DNA of 64,000 nucleotides from Adineta vaga (taxonomy: Eukaryota > Animalia > Rotifera), in NCBI GenBank assembly GCA_021613535.1, contig CP075493.1:682001-746000 (forward strand), in the 5' to 3' direction. Shown here one piece after another: positions 25,175 to 36,065 of the stretch (its first letter is position 1; each line of letters starts with the position of its first letter). The translations under genes were made by a program, and so were the position numbers. The notes beneath the pieces were generated by a model. That model saw only the letters and a list, made by a program, of their open reading frames with translations. It did not search any database and was not told the DNA's origin.

Positions 25175-25503
25175 TGTAAGTTTTCTTGTTGTATAACTTC
25201 GTGAGTTCTGTTTATTCGTTAACAAGGTGAAAATAATAACAATAAGAAAGTAGGAAGAGAAAGATAAGAGAGATAAGAGAGAAGATAAGAACAGATGGCG
25301 TAGGTGTTTGTATGCGTCCATATGAAAATACATGCGCGTATTTATACTGGTCAGTTTCCATGACTCATGTCATCATGCGTCATGATTACATGATGCAAGA
25401 GATAGAAGATATCATATACATCTGACATCATGAGTCATGATAACATATGAACATTTGACATGTGTCATATGATTGAACTGATGCAATGTTTTTCATATTA
25501 ACA
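25175..25503 (-). repeat. 5' LTR
   Basis: Direct repeat of 20852-21180, followed on the minus strand by the PBS. Confidence 0.97.
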
Positions 25504-25699
25504 TATACCACAGAAGCGTTCTAGCGATTTAGAAAATATATTTGACGAAAAAAACTAATAGTGACAATCTTAAATATTCTGAAGATGTGTTTTCAACCTT
25601 TTAGTAAAAGAAAGACTTTTCTATAAGGTTTTTGAATGTCATAGATTCATCCTCATAAGAAAATTTTTATTGAAAAGGAAGTCTGAATAGAACTTTCAA

Positions 25700-26666
25700 A
25701 TGACTAAAGTAAATCAAGTTCTAACGGAACAAATCTTAGATCCTATAACGTTACCACAAACAAACAATCTTCCAGTAATATCTTCAGCACCAGTGCGAGT
25801 ATTACCAAAATATTTGGCTGATTTTAAACAATATGTCGATTCGAAATTCTGTTACTATGCTGCACCTTTAGTTGATGCTGAGATGGTCAATGTTCAACAG
25901 AAAGTAGCATATCAATGTCATATGAAAATACTTGTGGAAGAAAGAAACATTGTTTGGAAGTCGTACACTAGGTGAGTGATCGAAGTTTAAATCATTTTAA
26001 GAATAAAGTTTTTGATTCAATTATTTCGTTATCTTGAAAATATTTTTTACTCAAAGACGACTGGTCGAGTCAACAGTACGTGAAGGTCAAGGAATGGCTA
26101 ATAGGTGGGATTATGAATTTGCTCTGCCATTGTCGGATGGGACATCAAGACAAAAGCAAAACTTACCTGAGGGTAACTATCTCACTAGATGCTCGCATTG
26201 TCGAGGAAAATGTGTTGTTACCTGTACGAATAGTGTGTGTAATGGACGTGGTACAGTAGAGTACAAAAAAGGAATCTTATCTGATCGTTCATTTCATACC
26301 TGATATCTTTTTTCTTTCCAGGGCTGATACACAAATCTGTAATGAATGTCATGGTGAAGGCAAAATACGTTGTTCTCCTTGTAAAGGTTTAGGTGGGTTT
26401 CTTCATTCCCCTACATTAGTGGTGAAATGGCATACACGTAAATCGTCAAAATTCATATCTGCCGAAGAGAAGAATTCGTAAAGGAGCGCGAACAATTTTC
26501 TGGTCTGCACATATAGTACCATGGTCAAAAGGATCATCCATATCAAATGCTGTCGATTCGATCAATGATAAAAGCTATTTATGAAAATGATTATCCATTA
26601 AATTGTTGTGGTTGTTTTGGAGATAAAACTGCTTGTTATTCGTGTTGTTGTTGTACCATTCTCTAA
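25700..26666 (+). pseudogene. SSUH2-like protein (DnaJ-type CxxCxGxG zinc fingers, C-terminal CaaX), probably disrupted by deletions
   Basis: CSHCRG, CNGRG, CNECHGEG, CSPCKG; C-terminus YENDYPLNCCGC...CCCCTIL*. Frame breaks in the last exon. Confidence 0.6.
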
Positions 26667-26868
26667 TATTAATGGTTAATATAATCTCCTATTATTGATT
26701 CTTTTCATTTCTATAAATCAAAGACAAGTTTTTTTCAATAAAGTAAAATGATTTGTGCTTGAAATCATCTGATATCTTGAGAGAAACAGTGAGGATGAGG
26801 ATGGATGTTGATGAGAGAAATATATTTGCACATCAATCTCATTCACGCTCTCAAGAAAAAAATTAAAC

Positions 26869-28525
26869 TTAAAAGATTATTAGATCATCTGTGTTCGTTA
26901 TTTGATTATTTTTTAATACTGATGAATTGTTTTGAAATTCATTTGTATCCAATGAATCTTCCCACCATATCAAATCACTGTCATCTAGTTGTATATCGAG
27001 TTCATTACTTGAAGATAAAATATTATCTGATAACCGTTGATTGGTCACAAAAAGACATCTATAAAAGAGAAAAAAATAGAATATTATTTTAAAAGAAAGA
27101 ATCAATGTATTTACATATTCAGAATTAATGGAATGAGGGAAAGTCCAGCAGCTAATAGAAAAGTGAAATATGGTAAATCGATAACAGTTAATTCATAGAT
27201 CCAATTGAAAAATGCACTACCCAATATTGAACAAGTTGTATATATAACAGCAATCAATGTAAATGCTGTGCTATATTCATTTGGTTTTAACCATTTTGAC
27301 ATCATTGACCATGTTAATGAACTTTGATAATCTACAAATGGTACAATCAATAAGGTGATATATAATTGCCAATTTTGTCGTGCAAAAGCAAATCCAATTG
27401 CCAATCCAAAAAAGCAAATATGACTAAATACACAAATAATTGCATCATTAGCACCAAAATGTGTTAATAGTTTCATTCCAAGAACACTTAAAATTGCACT
27501 GGAAATTGAAATTAAAGCATTGTAATTACCAATTTGTGTCGATGACCAATTGAAAGGAATGTCAAATAAATACCAAAGTAAAATCGACCAAATCGCAGTA
27601 TATGCCAATGAATAGAAAACATAGGAGAAAATAGTTAATAAAAGATTAATTGATTTCTTTTTCGATCGACCATAAAAACAATTCTTCAATTTCATTTTCG
27701 AACAACAACAACAACATGAATCTTTTATTTTAATATCATTATATAATTCTATCGATGATAATAATGTTGAATTAGTTCTATCGAGTATAGGATGATGAGA
27801 AGAATATTTGAAAAAGAAAATAACAATAAATATTGATAATAATTGTAATATAATTGAAAAGAAAAGTAAATCAGTAAAACCACGCCAAGTAATATAATAA
27901 CCAATAATAAAATTTCCAATTGCTGTTAAAGCTGTTGTCATTGCTTCGAAGAAAACAAAACAAGTTGATCGATTATTTTCTTTCGTACAATCGGTAATAG
28001 ATAAATTTAAAATAAGATCTAATTAAAACAAAAATCAAATAAATTTAATTAATAATAATAAAATTTCTTACGAAGTGTTCCATCAGCACCAGTTAAACCA
28101 AGAATAAAAGCAGCAATATACCACCAATAAGTTTTTAATTGAAAATAAATAATTAATAACCAAATAAAAAGTTGAATCGATAAACCAATCATTGGTAAAA
28201 TCAAAACAAATCTTCGACCTAATTTTGTTACATATAAACCTAATAGACAAGTCATAATAATCATTGGTATACTACTCCATAATTCTCTTTTCGAATATAA
28301 ATCAGCTGATTGTTGTTGTGCCCATTCATCTGCATTATTTTCATTATAAACAAATGAATCATTCGTGAAATTTAATGTTATATTCAAATTTAATGAATAA
28401 ATTTGTAAATAAAATAAATAAACATATTGTCCAATAGTTGATATAACACAATTAGATAACGTTTGAAGACATAAAATACTTCCAATAGCATAAATATTAA
28501 CATTCGACATGTTATAATAGTACAT
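26869..28525 (-). CDS. MFS transporter, SLC46/PCFT-like, ~3 exons
   Basis: Multiple TM segments, WAQQQSA, KLGRRFVLILP, PFNWSSTQIG; short introns near 28020-28070 and ~27110. Confidence 0.8.
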
Positions 28526-29171
28526 CAATGACAAACAAAATTAAAAAAGTACATTCAGGTTAGTTTTTTTTTCTTCTCTTCTGTTCTGTGTGAAGAAGAA
28601 GAAAAACAATAATCATTTTCAAACGATGTGAGGCATGAAAATACACAAAATGAGAAAATATTTCTATTTATTTCAAAATACTATAATTCTTCTACTCGTT
28701 TATGTTATCTAGTCCATGAAATAGCTGATTCCTCCTTTCCTTCATATGTTTGCGAAGACAAGTTATCTACACAACACACACGCAATATGAACAGAAGACA
28801 AACGTCCATTTTCTTGTCCTTTTTTCTCGGCTTTTAGAAGTTCTATTACCAGAAGACAAAGAATTTCAAGAATACTAGTGAACTCTATCCTATGTGGTGT
28901 CGCTAATTTCTAATAGAAATTCAATTATATAGAATTATACATTCGTTAATATTATTTTTTTGATTCTTCTAATAACAAAATTTTGAGATTTAAGAAAACT
29001 AATTTGACTTGTGATTGAATGAGAAAAATGATTATGTATAATAAAGTACTCAAGATGAGAAAAACAAAGAACGGAAAAAAATAGTAGAGAGAGAGAGATA
29101 GGATTGTCGATCATTTGGTGATCGTCTTCAGAACGAAAGAAAGCAAAACAACATTCTATTTCGAGAATACA

Positions 29172-29927
29172 ATGGGAAAATTAGATGGAAAAATAGCATT
29201 GATTACTGGTGGATCAGAAGGAATTGGTTTTGCAACAGCACAACGTTTTATTATAGAAGGTGTTGAACATGTTTTTATTACGGGACGACGACAAGAAAAA
29301 CTTGATGAAGCAGTGAAAAAAATTGGATCAAATAAAATAACAGCTATACAAGGTGATGCATCAAATATGGATCATCTCGATAAATTATTTGAGATTATTC
29401 GTAAGGAAAAAGGTCGTTTAGATATTATTTTTGCAAATGCAGCAAGTTGTTCATTTGCATTGTTTGGTACAATTTCAGAAAAACATTTTGATAATGAATT
29501 TAATACGAATGTTAAAGGAGTTTTCTTTACAGTTCAAAAAGCATTACCACTTTTAGTTGATGGAGCTTCTGTTATTCTTAATGGATCAAATTCTTCAAAT
29601 AAAGGTGATCCGGAATTAACTGTTTATTGTGCAACAAAAGCTGCTTTACGTTCATTTGCTCGTTGTATGACTGTGGATTTAAAAGAACGAAAAATTCGAG
29701 TTAATACATTAAGCCCAGGTGCAATTGATACACCTCTTTTAAGAACAATGGGTGGAAATGAACAAGAAATAGAAAAGAATCTTTTAATGTGGCAAGCAGC
29801 AACACCAATGAATCGTCTTGGAACACCTGATGAAGTTGCTAAAGCTGTCGTTTTTCTCGCCTCAGATGATAGTAGTTATATTACTGGTATTGAATTATTT
29901 GTTGATGGAGGTTTATCACAAATTTAA
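29172..29927 (+). CDS. Classical short-chain dehydrogenase/reductase, bacterial-like, intronless
   Basis: MGKLDGKIALITGGSEGIG, FANA, YCATK, IRVNTLSPG, SSYITGIELFVDGG. Confidence 0.92.
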   Translation: MGKLDGKIALITGGSEGIGFATAQRFIIEGVEHVFITGRRQEKLDEAVKKIGSNKITAIQGDASNMDHLDKLFEIIRKEKGRLDIIFANAASCSFALFGTISEKHFDNEFNTNVKGVFFTVQKALPLLVDGASVILNGSNSSNKGDPELTVYCATKAALRSFARCMTVDLKERKIRVNTLSPGAIDTPLLRTMGGNEQEIEKNLLMWQAATPMNRLGTPDEVAKAVVFLASDDSSYITGIELFVDGGLSQI

Positions 29928-30000
29928 TTTATCTCTCTTAAACGTATAATAGAATTCGATGTCATTTATTTATCTTTATTAAAATAAAAACATATTCATA

Positions 30001-31275
30001 TTAATCATCATCTTCACTTTCACTATTTTCTTCATTATCAATTGATGTTGGTAAAATGATCAGTTTTAAGTCTGGACTACCACGAAAAGAAGAAAATTCT
30101 TGAATTTCACGATATAAAGTTGATAGAAGTGTTCGTGCTTCTAAAATTGAATTTTGTAAATGAGATGATGGTGATTGTTGAAAATCATTTGAAAATGGAA
30201 ATTTAAATGCAAGAACATTGTAAACAGCTGTTGCAGTATTATTTGGTAAATTAGAAAAACCTTGTCGACCACTTGTAAAATGATACATTCCACCACGTAA
30301 ACGTAATACAAGATGTAAAGTAGTCTCTCTGTCTATAGAATAATCTGAAAGTACTTTACCATCTTCTAATTGAATACTACGATTTATAAGACGTTGTTGA
30401 TCGGGAGGAACTCCTTCTTTGTCTTGAATTAATTCTCTAACAGTAGATATATCCATTTCTGAATTGACATTTAACGTAAGAACTTTTCCAGTTAAAGTTT
30501 TTATAATTAGTTGAAAATATGAAACATTTGAATGAATATCAGAATCCTTGAAAAAGAAATAGGAAATATTTATTTAAAAAGAAAGAAGAAAGGTTTCGTT
30601 TACATTTTTATTGATTCTTTTGATCATAAGAATCCAATTCTTTTGATATAATTCTGTTAATAAGATTGTATCTTCTAATTTTATTGATTTTCCTTCAATC
30701 CAATTCTTTTCATTTGGTCTTATATTTCCATCAATTTCACATCTTTTCAATTGAATATCATCAAAATTTCGTTCTTCTTTTAATTTCATTTTAATTTTAT
30801 TCATATTATCAGTTAGAAGAACATTTAATGTAATCTTTCCTGGTAACAAATCTTCATAATATCCAATCCATAGAATAATTTCTACATATATAACAAATAC
30901 ACATTCATGATCAAATTTTGAAACAGTTGATTTTAATTCACATTCATTTAATGATGAAATATTCTTGTCTTTTATTATTCCAATTTTAATCAAGTCTTGT
31001 AAATATTTAGGTACATAATCTTTTTTATATTTTCGAAGTATTTTTTCGATTAATTCATGTTCCATGTATTTCTTAGTTGTTCGATTTCCATATGGATCAA
31101 TAAATATGAATGAACGAGATTTGATTTCATTTTCAACTTGTTTCTCAATTTCATATCGACTAGAAAGAATATTTTCCATTTGAATCATTTGATTTTGAAG
31201 ATTTTGAACTTGCGATACTAAATCTTCGTAAACAAATGATGTTGGCATATTTGGAATTACTGCACTAGTTGCCAT
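30001..31275 (-). CDS. Ubiquitin-like domain fusion protein: coiled coil, possible degenerate UBLs, ubiquitin-like domain ending LRLRGG, C-terminal extension
   Basis: Intron 30547-30603 joins the two ORFs in frame: IKTLTGK...[14 protein letters not shown]...[11 protein letters not shown]|MYHFTSGR. Confidence 0.85.
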
Positions 31276-31748
31276 TTGGTGGATATCTAAAAGAAATTTC
31301 ATGACTTAATTTCATTTTAACGAACGATATTCACTCGAATTGATTCATTTAACAAAATGACTCAAATTCGACTATAATGATACTTTTTATTATATATCGA
31401 TTCATAGAAATCGTTGACTTATTCAGTATTTTTTAACCTATAATTTCGTAGATATGAAGTAAATAAAAAATATAGTTATATAGTTACTATTAATGTAGAA
31501 AGAAGACGAAAAAACCAAGTTACGATATGCAATCAAATGAGTAATGGGTAAAAACAATGTTTTATATATAGTATAAATAGTTACATGTATCTTATAAAAT
31601 AACGTCATCATTACATTTACAGAAAGAAAGGATGTGCGTCGTGGTGTTTGTGATGTATAAGGTAGAGTCCTTTACACAAGGACTTTTCCATATACATTCT
31701 ATATGTGTTTTCCTTTCGTTCTTGTTTTTTTCCTATACATGCACATGA

Positions 31749-32793
31749 ATGAGTTGCAACTTTATTGTACGATTGGTTTTTCGACGTGTTTTGTTTATAA
31801 CTCCAATTCTCGTTGACCGATTTAAACTTTTTCATTTTTTTCTACTTCTTACCTCATATTCGTACTGCCATTTAATTTTCAAGTCTGTCCTTTGCACACT
31901 CGTGGAGATATTCGCATTAGAGAACAAAAAAGAAACATTTTTGGATGACTCATCCAAACTGAAACTGATTTTTCGAGCAAGAAAAGAGAAAGTAAATAGC
32001 ACGTTTTGCAGAGCAACTTTCAGGCTATCGAAACATATGATTCATAAATTCATTTTATTTTATTTTTGTGATCGCTTATGGAGATAATACTTTTACGCAC
32101 ACATGTAGCTTCAGACGAAAACTAGCACTGTCAGATTACGGAAACTAGTTTAGTAAAAAATGAACCTACCACAAGATAGAGCATAAAAAACTCTGTCGAT
32201 AAAGTCGAAAATATTTCAAAAAATATTTCTTTTTACGGCAAAAACACACAGAAACCCCTTTTTGTCACTCACTTTGTAGCTCCAGATTTTCGGAAGTGTT
32301 TCGTCAATCGCTTTTGATGTACTTGTCCGATTTTGTTCAAGCTTTTATCCAAGCTAGTAAAAAAAAGTTCTTCAAGTGGTCAAAATTTCAGCTATACAGA
32401 GTGTAAAATTTAGGAGAAATTGACATTTTACGTCAGAATGTAGCTCCAGATTTTTTCACTGATTTTCGCGAGGCTTTTCGCCACAAGTAGTATTATTTCA
32501 TATCGTTTGACTCCTGACACTACGCTGAGTATAATTTAGAGGTAAATAAACTAAAATATCCCTATAGTTCGGTGTTGTAACCCGAAAATATACTTATGTG
32601 CTGAATCAAATTTTTTTACGTCGTTTCCAGAGACGTCTTCAGACGTTCTATAATGCGGATGAGGGTGTGTTTTGGTTTTTCATCTTGAGGATGTGTTTGT
32701 CTTCCCTTCACTCCCATTCTCACTCACACACACTTACACTCTGATTCTTATCCTAACACACCCACACCCTCAATAAAGTTGCAATTAACTCAT
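31749..32793. mobile_element. Putative non-autonomous TIR element (~1 kb)
   Basis: atgagttgcaactttattg at 31749 versus caataaagttgcaattaactcat at 32771-32793 (inverted); non-coding interior. Confidence 0.45.
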
Positions 32794-33237
32794 ATATATA
32801 CATGTGTGTGTGTGTGTGTTTCTATATATATATGTATGTATCAATGCTTCTATACCCTACGTTCTCTATCTTTCATCTATTTCGGTTGATTCCTAATGAA
32901 GACCTCTCCATATATTTACTTAAATATATACATTCATCCTACGCAATCTGGACGACGTGATAGTGTTCTTATGTAATAAAAGTCAATGCCTCTGTATGAG
33001 ATACAGAATATCAAAGTGAATTGACTTTGTATCATTAAGTCGTAAGATATTGTGATGTTTGATTCTCGATGACCAGATGTGCTGGAACTGACATCTACAT
33101 TCCGAAAATAGATTATATACGAACAACTTTGAATATTAATTTAATACAGATGGAATAGCATTTTCAGTACGGATAAATGACATTTCTGTTTAGCACTCGA
33201 CCGAAGAAACTATTATAAAACTAATTCTGTAGCTAAT

Positions 33238-34095
33238 TTAGTTCCATTTAACACCAATTTCGTTCAAAAGTTTTTTAGCTGTTTCCACAGCAAGATGGAA
33301 ACTATCCATGGACGACATATTGGCATAAGTTTCATTCGTGATGCCACTTGGACCAGTTAGAGCGACAGCACCCGAGTGAGTTAGATGTGGTTCAACGGTG
33401 AGTGAACCACTCCAATTCCGAGCAACAGCATCACGTAAAATCTTCTCGATCTGTGCGTTTCCTAATCCGACAGGAACGTGCATATTCTCCAAAGTCGAAT
33501 CTTTCAGATGAAAACTATCGGTTAGCTCCGCCAATCTACACCATACAGCGTAAACATCCTCATTACTCTGTTGATAGTTATCAAAATCGAAAATCAATTT
33601 GAAATTTTCGCCGCGAAGTTCAGCAATCTCCTTCACATTAGCTCCGAGATCACCATAAATACGACGTTCGTTCTCGTGATAGAGCACTAAACTCAACTTT
33701 TCGGCTTCATCACGCAGACGAATAAGGTTTGCCAGTGATTTTTTATGCCATTCTACATGTGGGATTTCTTTCTTGTTGTAGTAAGAGAAAATACGAACTG
33801 CGTAACAGTCTAGTATCGGTGCAAGAGTCGCAAGATGGTGGAGTTTTTCAATATCAACTTGTATATCGTCCAGAATATCGATTTTGCCAATCGGTGAGCC
33901 AAACATCTGTACCGAAATTCGGGCCTTATCAAATTTATTTTTGATGATTTTTGCCTTATCGAGAGGCAGTACTGTAATATTGAAACCATCGATGTTACGA
34001 ATGTCAATGTGTGAAAGACCAGCACGTGTAGCAGCAGTTATTTGCCCCTCGCATGAAAGATTGGCTTCATCAGTAAACGCTGAAAGTATCCACAT
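33238..34095 (-). CDS. Sugar phosphate isomerase/epimerase (xylose isomerase-like TIM barrel), bacterial-type, intronless
   Basis: LSAFTDE, GSPIGK, VRIFSYY, metal-ligand motifs HENE, FDFDN, HLKD, EPHL; visibly more GC-rich than the flanks. Confidence 0.88.
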   Translation of the reverse strand: MWILSAFTDEANLSCEGQITAATRAGLSHIDIRNIDGFNITVLPLDKAKIIKNKFDKARISVQMFGSPIGKIDILDDIQVDIEKLHHLATLAPILDCYAVRIFSYYNKKEIPHVEWHKKSLANLIRLRDEAEKLSLVLYHENERRIYGDLGANVKEIAELRGENFKLIFDFDNYQQSNEDVYAVWCRLAELTDSFHLKDSTLENMHVPVGLGNAQIEKILRDAVARNWSGSLTVEPHLTHSGAVALTGPSGITNETYANMSSMDSFHLAVETAKKLLNEIGVKWN

Positions 34096-34611
34096 GATGA
34101 TATTTCTGCTAATACCAAGTCGTGTCTATTCTAAATCTATTTACACAAAATAACTGGAAAATATTCATCTGTTATTTTCTATATGAAACTTTGACTTGAG
34201 TATGATTATCAACATAAGAGCAACAATAGTAAAAGATATAGAGATGAAAAATAATGTTTTTTTTTTTCTTATATCACAATTGTTGTGAAATGAGATAATA
34301 TATTCACATGGTTTGATAACCGAAATAAATTGTCATTTGCAACACCATCTTCAGGGCGTAAGTCAATGTGAATGAGAATGTAAAAGAAATCGACATTCAC
34401 ACACTATAATTGTTATTGAGTAGAACAGATAGTATTTTTTTGTTTTTCTATTCATTTTGTGATGAATATTGTCTACGCTTCGATGTTTTTTTTCGATAAT
34501 ATCACTAAAGAAAATATTTTTATGCGTGAATAATTATTGAAATTGTCAATATAAATACAATATATATTTATTTGATGATATTCGACCTTGAATAATATAT
34601 TTAATAATATC

Positions 34612-35184
34612 ATGACAACTGTTGTGAAGAATACAACTGAAAAAGCACCTATTGTCTTTTCATATTGTGATTGTGAGGAATTAGCTAATTATGTTTATAA
34701 ACATTTAAAAGCAAAATTAAAATGGCCTGTTTGGATGGATAAACATGATGCTCATAGTGGTAGTTTTAGTTCAAGGTCAACTATTTTATTAGTTTTATTT
34801 TTTTCGAAAAAATGAAAATTTCTTTTCTTTTATCATTTTAGTATGGCTGAAGCTATTGAAAAATCTGCTGCTATTATCTGTTTTCTCACTCCTGAATATC
34901 AAGCTACATCAGGTTGTGAAAGAGAATTAACATATGCTGCAAATTTACGTAAACCACTTATTCCAATTATTGTTGGTGAATCAAATATTTTTGATAATCC
35001 TGGTGGTGATAATGATGATGCTGATGATGAGAGTTGGTATCCAACTGATTGGTTAGGTTTAGTTGTAGCAGATTTAAATGTAATTTATTTTGAAGGTGTT
35101 ACAGAAAATAATATCAATGAAAAATGTGATGATCTTATGAAAAGAATTGAAAATATTCTTAAAAATCCTGTTGAAAAAAAATAA
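34612..35184 (+). CDS. Standalone TIR-domain (TIR_2-type) protein A, 2 exons
   Basis: VFSY, VWMDK, MAEAIEKS, FLTPEYQ, CERELTYA, PTDWLG; intron 34776-34841 (phase 2). Confidence 0.85.
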
Positions 35185-35512
35185 TTTTCAATTTCTTTTT
35201 CTTTTCAAATTGAAATCAATAAATTCTCTAAAACTATTTTATTATAATTGAAATAATTAATATTTATTCGATGATTCATTTAATTCTTTTATATATTTGA
35301 CCTGTAAAAACTCTTGTGTACACTTTTTCATTCTATTTTCGATTCTCATTAAAATCGATTATTCACGATCTGATTCATTTCATCATAATACGTAATGACA
35401 TGAAAAACAAAAACAATATTATATATTAATGAATAATATTTATTTGTGTCGAAATAAATATCAATCGTATCATTTGGAAAAAAAAATATTTCAGTGTGAT
35501 TTTTTCATTAAA

Positions 35513-36065
35513 ATGTCATTAGATCAACAAGAATATTCATCAGAAAATTCCGAAGATGAATTAGATAATTCCAATGCACAACAATTTGAACATATAATGT
35601 TATCATATCAATGGGATAATCAAAAATTAGTTGAACAAATTTATGATTATCTTAGTAAAAATCAAAATATACCTATTTGGATGGATAAACAAGGTGGAAT
35701 GCAAGATAATGTCTTTTTAAGGTATTCAATTTTCTTTATCTTTTTTTTATTTAAAAAAATGTTTTAGTATGTCAAAAGGTGTTCAAAATTGTTATGCATT
35801 AATTTGTTTTTTAACACCAGCTTATCAAAATTCAGCTAATTGTAAAAAAGAATTAACATATGCATTAGAAATTGGAACACCAGTGATTCCATGTATAATT
35901 GGATCAAAAGAAGAAGGAATTAAATGGAAACCAACTGGTTGGTTAGGAATGGGTATTACTAATTTAATATATTTAGATTTTAGTCAAATTGATGATAAAA
36001 ATTTTGAAAATAAATGTAAAGAACTTATTCAACGAATTAATTCAACTATTTCACTTCAAAAATAA
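35513..36065 (+). CDS. Standalone TIR-domain (TIR_2-type) protein B, 2 exons
   Basis: HIMLSYQWD, IWMDK, FLTPAYQNSANCKKELTYA, PTGWLG; intron 35722-35767 at the same position and phase as in gene A. Confidence 0.88.

Larger units (their letters stand above)
20852..25503 (-). mobile_element. Full-length Ty3/Gypsy LTR retrotransposon, Mag-like clade
   Basis: 329-bp TG...CA LTRs at 20852-21180 and 25175-25503, identical by eye. 5-bp TSD TATAC. PBS TGGCGACGAG (tRNA-Ser-like) next to 25175. Purine tract AAAGGCAGAGG before the 3' LTR. Confidence 0.97.

Noticed and set aside
25118-25333. ORFs within the LTRs (also 20825-21010) as an accessory or env-like gene
   Set aside because: They are translations of the low-complexity LTR sequence and read out into different flanks.
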